A DNA stretch of 63,395 nucleotides, filler included, from Nemertoderma westbladi (taxonomy: Eukaryota; Animalia; Xenacoelomorpha), in NCBI GenBank assembly GCA_032718475.1. It is 3 parts of 3 records of this genome, joined end to end, with 100 filler letters (N's around TTAATTAATTAA, not from the genome) between each part and the next. Parts side by side here need not be neighbours in the genome. Positions count along the whole stretch, not along the records: positions 48,686 to 63,395 come from JAUCBJ010003497.1; 2 more parts are not named here. One strand, 5' to 3'. This document shows positions 53,003 through 63,395 of this stretch, piece after piece (position 1 is the stretch's first letter; the number at the start of each line of letters is the position of its first letter). The position numbers and the translations under genes are program-made. Under the pieces are notes generated by a model. It saw only the letters and a program-made list of their open reading frames with translations. It was not told the DNA's origin and did not search any database.

Positions 53003-56000
53003 GTGGGCGCTACTCCTATCTGCTACACGAAGTTAGGGGTGGGCGCTACTCCTATCTGCTACAAGAAGGTAGGGGTGGGTGCTACTCCTATCTGCTACGC
53101 GAAGGTATGGGTGGGCGCTACTCCTATCTGCTACCCGAAGATAGGGGTGGGCGCTACTCCTATCTGCTACACGAAGGTAGGGGTGTGCGCTACTCCTATC
53201 TGCTACACGAAGGTAGGGGTGGGTGCTACTCTTATCTGCTACGCGATGGTATGGGTGGGCGCTACTCCTATCTGCTACGCGAAGGTATGGGTGGGCGCTA
53301 CTCCTATCTGCTACCCGAAGATAGGGGTGGGCGCTACTCCTATCTGCTACCCGAAGGTATGGGTGGGCGCTACTCCTATCTGCTACCCGAAGGTAGGGGT
53401 GGGCGCTACTCCTATCTGCTACACGAAGGTAGGGGTGGGTGCTACTCCTATCTGCTACGCGAAGGTAGGGGTGGGCGCTACTCCTATCTGCTACCCGAAG
53501 ATAGGGGTGGGCGCTACTCCTATCTGCTGCCCGAAGGTAGGGGTGGGCGCTACTCCTATCTGCTACCCGAAGGTATGGGTGGGCGCTACTCCTATCTGCT
53601 ACCCGAAGGTAGGGGTGGGCGCTACTCCTATCTGCTACCCGAAGGTAGGGGTGGGTGCTTACTCCTATCTGCTACCCGAAGGTAGGGGTGGGCGCTACTC
53701 CTATCTGCTACCCGAAGGTAGGGGTGGGCGCTACTCCTATCTGCTACCCGAAGGTAGGGGTGGGCGCTACTCCTATCTGCTACCCAAAGGTAGGGGTGGG
53801 CGCTACTCCTATCTGCTACCCGAAGGTAGGGGTGGGCGCTACTCCTATCTGCTACCCGAAGGTAGGGGTGGGCGCTACTCCTATCTGCTACCCGAAGGTA
53901 GGGGTGGGCGCTACTCCTATCTGCTACCCGAAGGTATGGGGTGGGCGCTACTCCTATCTGCTACCCGAAGGTAGTGGGGGTGGGCGCTACTCCTATCTGC
54001 TACCCGAAGGTAGGGGTGGGTGTTACTCCTATCTGCTACCCGAAGGTAGGGGTGGGCGCTACTCCTATCTGCTACCCGAAGGTAGGGGTGGGCGCTACTC
54101 CTATCTGCTACCCGAGGGTAGGGGTTGGCGCTACTCCTATCTGCTACCCGAGGGTAGGGGTGGGCGCTACTCCTATCTGCTACCCGAAGGTAGGGGTGGG
54201 CGCTACTCCTATCTGCTACCCGAGGGTAGGGGTGGGCGCTACTCCTATCTGCTACCCGAGGGTAGGGGTTGGCGCTACTCCTATCTGCCACCCGAAGGTA
54301 GGGGTTGGCGCTACTCCTATCTGCTACCCGAGGGCAGGGGTTGGCGCTACTCCTATCTGCTACCCGAGGGTAGGGGTGGGCGCTACTCCTATCTGCTACC
54401 CGAAGGTAGGGGTGGGCGCTACTCCTATCTGCTACCCGAGTGATAGGGGTGGGCGCTACTCCTATCTGCTACCCGAGGGTAGGGGTGGGCGCTACCCCTA
54501 TCTGCTTCCCGAGGGTAGCGGTGGGCGCTACTCCTATCTGCTACCCGAAGGTAGGGGTGGGCGCTACTCCTATCTGCTACCCGAGGGTAGGGGTGGGCGC
54601 TACTCCTATCTGCTACCCGAAGGTAGGGGTGGGCGCCACTCCTATCTGCTACCCGAGGGTAGGGGTTGGACGCTACTCCTATCTGCTACCCGAAGGTAGG
54701 GGTGGGCGCTACTCCTATCTGCTACCCGAGGGGAGGGGTGGGCGCTACTACTATCTGCTACCCGAAGGTAGTGGTGGGCGCTACTCCTATCTGCTACCTG
54801 AAGATAGGGGTGGGCGCTACTCCTATCTGCTACCCGAAGGTAGGGGTGGGCGCTACTCCTATCTGCTACCCGAAGGTAGGGGTGGGCGCTACTCCTATCT
54901 GCTACCCGAGGGGAGGGGTGGGCGCTACTCCTATCTGCTACCCGAAGGTAGTGGTGGGCGCTACTCCTATCTGCTACCCGAAGATAGGGGTGGGCGGTAC
55001 TCCTAGCTGCTACCCGAAGATAGGGGTGGGCGGTACTCCTATCTGCTACCCGAAGGTAGGGGTGGGCGCTACTCCTATCTGCTACCCGAGGGTAGGGGTG
55101 GGCGGTACTCCTATCTGCTACCCGAAGATAGGGGTGGGCGGTACTCCTATCTGCTACCCGAAGATAGGGGTGGGCGGTACTCCTATCTGCTACCCGAAGG
55201 TAGGGGTGGGCGCTACTCCTATCTGCTACCCGAGGGTAGGGGTGGGCGGTACTCCTATCTGCTACCCGAAGGTAGGGGTGGGTGCTACTCATATCTGCTA
55301 CCCGAAGGTAGGGGTGGGCGCTACTCCTATCTGCTACCCGAAGGTAGGGGTGGGCGCTACTCCTATCCGCTACCCGAAGGTAGGGGTGGGCGCTACTCCT
55401 ATCTGCTACCCGAAGGTAGGGGTGGGCGCTACTCCTATCTGCTACCCGAAGGTAGGGGTGGGCGCTACTCCTATCTGCTATCCGAGGGTAGGAGTGGGCG
55501 CTACTCCTATCTGCTACCCGAGGGTAGGGGTGGGCGCTACTCCTATCTGCTACCCGAAGGTAGGGGTGGGCGCTACTCCTATCTGCTACCCGAAGGTAGG
55601 GGTGGGCGCTACTCCTATCTGCTACCCGAAGGTAGGGGTGGGCGCTACTCCTATCTGCTACCCGAAGGTAGGGGTGGGCGCTACTCCTATCTGCTACCCG
55701 AGGGTAGGGGTGGGCGGTACTCCTATCTGCTACCCGAAGATAGGGGTGGGCGGTACTCCTATCTGCTACCCGAAGATAGGGGTGGGCGGTACTCCTATCT
55801 GCTACCCGAAGGTAGGGGTGGGCGCTACTCCTATCTGCTACCCGAGGGTAGGGGTGGGCGGTACTCCTATCTGCTACCCGAAGGTAGGGGTGGGTGCTAC
55901 TCATATCTGCTACCCGAAGGTAGGGGTGGGCGCTACTCCTATCTGCTACCCGAAGGTAGGGGTGGGCGCTACTCCTATCTGCTACCCGAAGGTAGGGGTG

Positions 56001-56518
56001 GGCGCTACTCCTATCTGCTACCCGAAGGTAGGGGTGGGCGCTACTCCTATCTGCTACCCGAAGGTAGGGGTGGGCGCTACTCCTATCTGCTATCCGAGGG
56101 TAGGAGTGGGCGCTACTCCTATCTGCTACCCGAGGGTAGGGGTGGGCGCTACTCCTATCTGCTACCCGAAGGTAGGGGTGGGCGCTACTCCTATCTGCTA
56201 CCCGAAGGTAGGGGTGGGCGCTACTCCTATCTGCTACCCGAAGGTAGGGGTGGGCGCTACTCCTATCTGCTACCCGAGGGTAGGGGTGGGCGGTACTCCT
56301 ATCTGCTACCCGAAGATAGGGGTGGGCGGTACTCCTATCTGCTACCCGAAGATAGGGGTGGGCGGTACTCCTAACTGCTACCCGAAGGTAGGGGTGGGCG
56401 CTACTCCTATCTGCTATCCGAGGGTAGGAGTGGGCGCTACTCCTATCTGCTACCCGAGGGTAGGGGTGGGCGCTACTCCTATCTGCTACCCGAAGGTAGG
56501 GGTGGGCGCTACTCCTAT
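53003..56518. repeat. 36-bp GC-rich tandem array (~97 copies)
   Basis: Unit GGGCGCTACTCCTATCTGCTACCCGAAGGTAGGGGT. Confidence 0.98.
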
Positions 56519-56861
56519 TCCTTGTTTTTCTCCCAGTTATTTAACTGGTACTCATGATTTATTATATCGCATCTTATTCCTACGGACAGACCAGAGCTTG
56601 TTTTAACTGAATTCGGAATTGTTTTAACTGAACCGAATATTTTAACATAATTTTTAAACGTGTTTTAAATTTTTTTAGATATAGTTTATTTTATTCTAAG
56701 TTGTTTGACTACGTAATGTAAACGATACTGTTGTTTCAGCGCCTTAGAGTATTCCTAAGTAAATTTGGCGCTATATAAATTGTTATTATTATTATTATTA
56801 TTAACAGATGTAAGGGTTATTTTATATACATACATAAATAAGTAAAGCTGAGAAATAGTAT

Positions 56862-57056
56862 GTAGGGGTAGGGGTAGGGGTAGGGGTAGGGGTAGGGGTA
56901 GGGTTGGGGTAGGGGTAGGGGTAGGGGTAGGGGTAGGGTAGGGGTAGAGGGGTAGGGGTAGGGGTAGGGGTAGGGGTAGGGGTAGGGGTAGGGGTAGGGG
57001 TAGGGGTAGGGGTAGGGGTAGGGGTAGGGGTAGGGGTAGGGGTAGGGGTAGGGGTA
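56862..57056. repeat. (TAGGGG)n microsatellite
   Basis: ~32 near-perfect hexamers. Confidence 0.97.
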
Positions 57057-59027
57057 CTGAAAATCCGAATTGTAATACCGGTATAAACAGTCTGTCTGTA
57101 TGACTTCTAGTATGTGATATATGTATTTCTTCTGTCTGTCTGACTATCAGCGACTTTATATGATTGTCTGTTTGTATGTATGTATATGTCCGTCTGGTAT
57201 GTCTGACAGTTTGTTTGTTTGTCACGCTGTCGTCTGTCTGTTTGCCTTCCTGTCTGCGTATCTCCATCTGTCTGCCGGTGTGCATGTCTGCCCGACTGAC
57301 TGGTCTGTTTATCCGTCCGCCGCCCTGTCCGACTGTCTCATATGTTTGTAGGCTCATCTGTCTGACTGCTGTCTGTCTGTGAATCTGTCCGTATGTATGT
57401 CTGTAAGACTGTCTATCCGTCCGTTTGTCTGTCTGACTTTCTGTCGGATGGTCTGAATATTACAATTTCTTCCGTCACCCCTTCAAACCTTTATTGATCA
57501 CAAATCAGAAAATTTAAATATATGCCATTTATTTTAAATAATATAAGGAAATATATTTGTGTGCTTCACCGACACGTTTGTGTAATGAAGTACATTTCGT
57601 TTAATTGCGGCCGATAACATTAGTTAGTCGCAGTCCCCGTCCGAAAATTGTTGTAAACTTCGATCCACTTTAGCGTGAAATAAATTATTTACTTAATTCT
57701 ACACCAACGAATGATATTACGGGCCACATTTAGGTAGTTAAAGTTTTTGATGGACGACTAGCGTTTTATGTAGGCCTATACTGTATAAAGTATAAATAAT
57801 GTTAATTTCAACCTTTCGGGTTTTTTTTTCTTTATAGATACACCCCAGGATCGGGTAAATTTCGGGTTTTAAATTCATATTAATATTCATATATTAACAC
57901 AACAATTTAATTAAATAAATTATGTTAAAATTAAGCTCAGATATACACTAAAAACTTTATAGTAAAAAATATGGAATTGTATGGAATGTCACATATCAGC
58001 ACTTATCTGTACCAAAACTCACAATGTACCAGAATAGTTTACTCGTGACAGTTGCATAGCATACCAATAAGGATTCATCGGCCCTTCAATATCCAAAGAA
58101 ATGAACCTTTGTTAACAAATACCAGGTTTGTTTCATTCAACCTTCTTCATTGTAAGTATAATTACAGAACCAGCGACTGCATAACAAGTACGTAACTATA
58201 CAGTAATACAATCAATAGAGACTATACTGTTGTCATATATAGGCCTATTTGGATTGATGGTCGGTTTGCCCTTTTATGTTAAAATTATTCAATAATTAGC
58301 TATCAATCTTATAACCTGTTATATAATCTACACTAACAGAGTGACTGTAATTTATGGATAACCATTGATTGCTATCATCACTCAACCTCAACAAAGAAAG
58401 GTTAGACAGACTTTGGTACTAACCTCCTACTTATAATGTAAGGTTACATATTAGCAGAGGGAGGGGGCCTACTATGCTATTCGTAATATTGCCCTCTGTA
58501 CTCTCCAATTAATTGTTTAAATCTTGATTAATTTATTGTTATTCTGATTAAGCAGAGGGTTCTTCCATTCAGTATGCCTGTGGTTTCCCCACTGATATTC
58601 TGTTGTAGGCCTGCCCTGCATACTATATTAATTTTATTGGTAAAATACGTAGAAATGACAGAGTGGCATCGTAAAATAATATATTCAATTTATAATTGGT
58701 TTTTGGATGTTGAAATATTACTCATAAATCATATAATGTCAACTTGATTTCGAAGTTGTATTAAAAGTTGTTTTTATCGTTTAATTTAACCATTTATGCT
58801 GCACTGCAAATGCGAACGACTTACTACAGAACCTTATTGTAATTTTAATAGATTTATAGATTGAAATTTCTATGCTTATATTATTTTTTTTTTTCTGAAA
58901 ACTGAACCTTCACTTTTGATCCACTAAGAAACATATATGTTGTATTTTATTCTTTTTTTTTTCCTTTTAAGAACGTATTTCATTTAATACTTTAACGCCA
59001 CTGACATACAGTAAGTGTTTGTATTCG

Positions 59028-61213
59028 GTAAATCGTTCGCACGAGTTAGTAAGTCGTTCACACGATTTAGTAAGTCGTTCGCACGAGTTAGTAAGTCGTT
59101 TTCACGAGTTCGTAAAACTTTTGCACGAGTTTGTAAGTCGTTATCACGAGTTAGTAAGTCGTTCGTACGAGTTAGTAAGTCGTTTTCACGAGTTTGTAAA
59201 ACTTTTGCACGAGTTTGTAAGTCGTTTGCACGAGTTAGTAAAACTTTTTGCACGAGTTTGTAAGTCATTTACACGAGTTAGTAAAACTTTTGCACGAGTT
59301 TGTAAGTCGTTTACACGAGTTAGTAAGTCGTTCGCACGAGTTAGTAAGTCGTTCGCACGAGTTAGTAAGACTTTTGCACGAGTTAGTAAGTCGTTTGCAT
59401 GAATTAGTAAGACTTGATTTGCACGAGTACGTAAGTCGTTCTCACGAGTTGCTAAGTCGTTCTCATGGGTTAGTAAGTCGTTTGCACGAGTTAGTAAGTC
59501 ATTCATATGAGGTAAGTCTTTTGCACGACTTAGTAAGACTTTTGCACGAGTTAGTAAGTCGTTTGCACGAATTACTAAGTCGTTCATATGAGGTACAAGT
59601 CTTTTGCACGAGATAGTAAGACTTTTTTGCACGAGTTAGTAAGTCGTTTGCACGAGTTGATAAGTCGTTTGCACGAGTTAGTATGCCGTTCGCACGAGTT
59701 AATTGGTCGTTTGCACGAGTTAGTAAGACTTTTGCACGAGTTAGTAAGTCGTTTGCACGAATTAGTAAGTCGTTCATATGAGGTACAAGTCTTTTGCACG
59801 AGTTAGTAAGACTTTTGCACGAGTTAGTAAGACTTTTTTGCACGAGTTAGTAAGTCGTTTGCACGAGTTGGTAAGTCGTTTTCTCGAGTTAGTTAGTATG
59901 CCGTTCGCACGAGTTAATTGGTCGTTTGCACGAGTTAGTAAGACTTTTGCACGAGTTAGTAAGTCGTTTGTACGAATTAGTAAGTCGTTCATATGAGGTA
60001 CAAGTCTTTTGCACGAGTTAGTAAGACTTTTGCACGAGTGAGTACGACTTTATTTGCACGAGTTGGTAAGTCGTTCTCACGAGTTGGTAAGTCGTTTGCA
60101 CGAGTTAGTAAGACTTTTGCACGAGTTAGTAAGTCGTTTGCACGAATTAGTAAGTCTTTCATATGAGGTACAAGTCTTGCACGACTTAGTAAGACTTTTT
60201 TGCACGAGTTAGTAGGAAGTCGTTTGCACGAGTTAGTATGCCGTTTGCTCGAGTTAGTAAGTCGTTTGCACGAGTTAACTTAGTAACTCTTTTGCACGAG
60301 TTAGTAAGTCGTTTGCACGGATTACTAAGTCGTTCAAATGAGGTACAAGTCTTTTGCACGACTTAGTAAGTCTATTGCACGAGTTAGTAAGTCGTTTGCA
60401 CGAATTACTAATTCGTTCATATGAGGTACAAGTCTTTTGCACGACTTAGTAAGTCTTTTGCACGAGTTAGTAAGTCGTTTGACGAGTAAGTCTTTTGCAC
60501 GAGTTAGTAAGTCGTTTGCACGAATTACTAATTCGTTCATATAAGGTACAAGTCTTTTGCACGACTTAGTAAGTCTTTTGCACGAGTTAGTAATTCGTTT
60601 GCACGAATTACTAAGTCGTTCATATGAGGTACAAGTCTTTTGCACGAGATAGTAAGTCGTTTGCACGAGTTAGTAAGACTTTTGCACGAGTTAGTAAGTC
60701 GTTTGCACGAATTAATATGTCGTTCATATGAGGTACAAGTGTTTTGCACGAGTTAGTAAGTATTTTGCACGAGTTAGTAAGACTTTTATTGCACGAGTTG
60801 GTAAGTCGGTTGCACGAGTTGGTAATTCGTTTGCTAGAGTTAGTAAGACCTTTTTTGCACGAGTGGGTAAGTCGTTTGCTCGAGTTAGTAAGACTTTTTT
60901 GCACGAGTTGGTAATTCGTTTGCTCGAGTTAGTAAGACCTTTTTTGCACGAGTGGGTAAATCATTTGCTCGAGTTAGTAAGACTTTTTTGCACGAGTTGG
61001 TAATTCGTTTGCTCGAGTTAGTAAGACCTTTTTTGCATGAGTGGGTAAGTCGTTTGCTCGAGTTAGTAAGACTTTTTTGCACGAGTTGGTAAGTCGTTTG
61101 CACGAGTTAGTAAGACTTTTTTGCACGAGTTGGTAAGTCGTTTGCACGAGTTGGTAAGTCGTTTGGTCGAGTTAGTATGCCGTTTGTTTGAGTTAGTATC
61201 TCGTTTGCACGAA
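59028..61213. repeat. Degenerate ~21-bp tandem array (~100 copies)
   Basis: Consensus GCACGAGTTAGTAAGTCGTTT with recurring variant ATATGAGGTACAAGTCTTTT. Confidence 0.95.
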
Positions 61214-61526
61214 TTACAGTAGTATATCGTGCGATATGTATATTTCTTCTTTGATGTCCATTCAGTGGCTCCGTACCAATACCTCCCCACGGGGAATAAT
61301 AATAATTTTAAAATTTGTCAATAAAATCAATTTCCGTTATTTAAAAAGAATATTGACTTTTAAATACAGAGTTATGGAAGAGTACAATAACCACGATAGG
61401 CAATGTAGGTAGACCTAATTTAATAACCCCAGGTCATGGTACAGTACTGCAGGCCTACTAATTTGAAATTTATTTTGGTAATGAAATATTTAATAGCTAC
61501 GACTGAGATTATTCATACCGCCAACC

Positions 61527-63233
61527 ATGTCACTAACATCACCGGAAGTGGGAGTCCTAACAGCTGTTGTGGGAATTATAATATTCATTGCGATACTCAC
61601 AATAGTTTGTTTAACAAAAAACCGCCGTTGGCCGTTCACTAAGCTGCGATCAAAGTTTAATGGACCTATCCCCATAGTGACGGTGTCAGACCATAGTGTT
61701 TCCACGGTAACCTCTCGTAGGGGAATATGCCCTATTTCGAACAACCAATCGGAAGGGAGCACGACGCAATTCGTAATTCCCTCCCTTAAACGCGAAGATA
61801 TCGGCACAACACTGACTTTCCCTCAAGTGGAACACCGAAAAAAATTTAAACGTCGAAAAAATCTAAGCGAAACTGAAAGTAATTCGAGTCACAACTCATT
61901 ATCGTCTGGTAACAGTCCCGACACGCCGCTTCGTTATATCTTTCCAGGCGATAAACACGGACACGCCAGTCTGAATTCCTCAAACACGTCCAACGAATGG
62001 CCCCACCAATCGCTGGAAAATCTGAGTTCTTTTAACAAATCATTGGAGAGTTCAAACAACCCCTTTAATTCTTCAACTCCAGTGTCCCTGCAGAGAAGTC
62101 TACAGAACATAAACGAAGAACCAATAAGTCAGAGTAAATCTTTAAGTTTGAACCGAGATATTTCGATTACATCGGCCCCAACTTGGTCTGACCCAGGAGG
62201 TCTATCAGGCACGGTACCACATGACGTCATTAGGAAGTACAGGAGTCGAACGTCTCCAGAAGGGGCCACCGCCTTGTCTATGTCGCAGTCATCCATTAGT
62301 TCCCATGGTAATAGCGATGACGTCTCACACCCGGCGGCTACTCATCGGTTCTCAGAAGCGATGTCGTGTCTCACCGCTATGGGGCGCTCATCGGAAGAGA
62401 GTTCGGTCGGCCGACTCAAGGTGGCGCTGCAGTTTTACGACGGCCGTCTGCAGATCGAGGTTATAGAAGCGGCTGATTTAGAGTTGCGAGTTGTGCGAAC
62501 CACATCGGGGTTGCGACCATACGTTAAAGGCTGTCTACAACCCGACAAAATATTTGAGTTCAGAACGAAAACTCAGTTGCAAAACAACCCGAAGTTCAAC
62601 GAAATATTTACCTCACCGCGGATTAAGATGGAGGATTTCCCGCACTATTTGCTGGAGTTACGCGTCAAATCGTATGAAAGCATCGCGAGTAAGCTGGACG
62701 TGGGGGTCTGTAGACTGGCGCTGGGGGACCTGAGTCTCAACGACCTGGCCAGCGGCTCGGAATTCTGGCTGGACTTGCAGCCAATCTGGCACCCGATGGG
62801 AGAAACCGGCAACCTAAAGATCTCCGCGATTTATCAACCAGTTTTGGGTAAACTTATCATCCTAATCGTCTGCGCTAAGAATCTCCCTGATAAGGCCAAA
62901 CATCCTTACGTTCGTGTCAAAGTTTCCCACGAAGGCAGAGAAGTGATTCGATTCAAAACCAAAACTAAACACAATAGGAACGCTGTGGATCCCGTATGGA
63001 ACGAACAGTTCCCCATAGACATTCCTAAAAACAACCCGGGGCTGAAAGGTTTCCTTATAACATCCACGGTCTATACGCGGGAAACCCCGTTGACTAAGAA
63101 CAAGATAGGCGAGGTCCACCTGAGTTGGGAGACCCCCTACCGTCAGCAAGTGGAACATTTTAGTGACATTGTGAGTAAAGCTGGCCAAGTTGTCGCTAGA
63201 TGGCACACACTACGACGGGCTTACATAGATTAA
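61527..63233 (+). CDS. Synaptotagmin-like protein (N-terminal TM, Ser-rich linker, tandem C2A/C2B), intronless, 568 aa
   Basis: TM VGVLTAVVGIIIFIAILTIVCL; C2A GRLKVALQF...PYVKG...NPKFNEIF; C2B GNLKISAIYQP...PYVRV...DPVWNEQF; terminal VARWHTL. Confidence 0.9.
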   Translation: MSLTSPEVGVLTAVVGIIIFIAILTIVCLTKNRRWPFTKLRSKFNGPIPIVTVSDHSVSTVTSRRGICPISNNQSEGSTTQFVIPSLKREDIGTTLTFPQVEHRKKFKRRKNLSETESNSSHNSLSSGNSPDTPLRYIFPGDKHGHASLNSSNTSNEWPHQSLENLSSFNKSLESSNNPFNSSTPVSLQRSLQNINEEPISQSKSLSLNRDISITSAPTWSDPGGLSGTVPHDVIRKYRSRTSPEGATALSMSQSSISSHGNSDDVSHPAATHRFSEAMSCLTAMGRSSEESSVGRLKVALQFYDGRLQIEVIEAADLELRVVRTTSGLRPYVKGCLQPDKIFEFRTKTQLQNNPKFNEIFTSPRIKMEDFPHYLLELRVKSYESIASKLDVGVCRLALGDLSLNDLASGSEFWLDLQPIWHPMGETGNLKISAIYQPVLGKLIILIVCAKNLPDKAKHPYVRVKVSHEGREVIRFKTKTKHNRNAVDPVWNEQFPIDIPKNNPGLKGFLITSTVYTRETPLTKNKIGEVHLSWETPYRQQVEHFSDIVSKAGQVVARWHTLRRAYID

Positions 63234-63395
63234 TAACTGAAACTGGGCAGTCATTTAAACTGAAAGTAATCGTGTTAAACTAAATATTTTTGGTCTCTGG
63301 CCACGCACTGTATCGCGTATCGTACCGTATTGTATATTTGGATGTAGGCCTGTACAGTGTGATGTAAAAAGAATGTAGGCCTCTGCCTACAGCTG

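Noticed and set aside
53003-56606. VGVGATPICYPK and GGRYSYLLPEGR repeat proteins
   Set aside because: Translation of a 36-bp satellite with frame-breaking indels and no unique domain.
56862-57056. Telomere
   Set aside because: Short, interstitial, and not TTAGGG.
58984-61290. Many short RAND/LHELV ORFs
   Set aside because: Translations of the 21-bp minisatellite.

Overview
AT-rich, repeat-dense eukaryotic (most likely invertebrate animal) genomic DNA with two 100-bp scaffold gaps. I find three host genes: a two-exon DUF885-family metallopeptidase-like gene, an intronless MFS sugar/myo-inositol transporter and an intronless synaptotagmin-like gene. The rest is nested, mostly decayed mobile DNA (BEL/Pao, RTE, RTEX-like, CR1, CRE-like, Tc1/mariner, MULE, Sola1-like, Kolobok/piggyBac-like ends) and six tandem arrays. 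The most notable item is a ~410-bp tandem repeat at 34.6-36.1 kb whose minus strand has a tRNA-like Pol III promoter directly followed by a minimal type-I hammerhead ribozyme (a retrozyme-like array). Three satellites appear to be amplified pieces of adjacent transposons. One LINE has a structured 5' RNA and an intact RT ORF but no endonuclease domain. Family calls rest on motif recognition only; no database searches were run.
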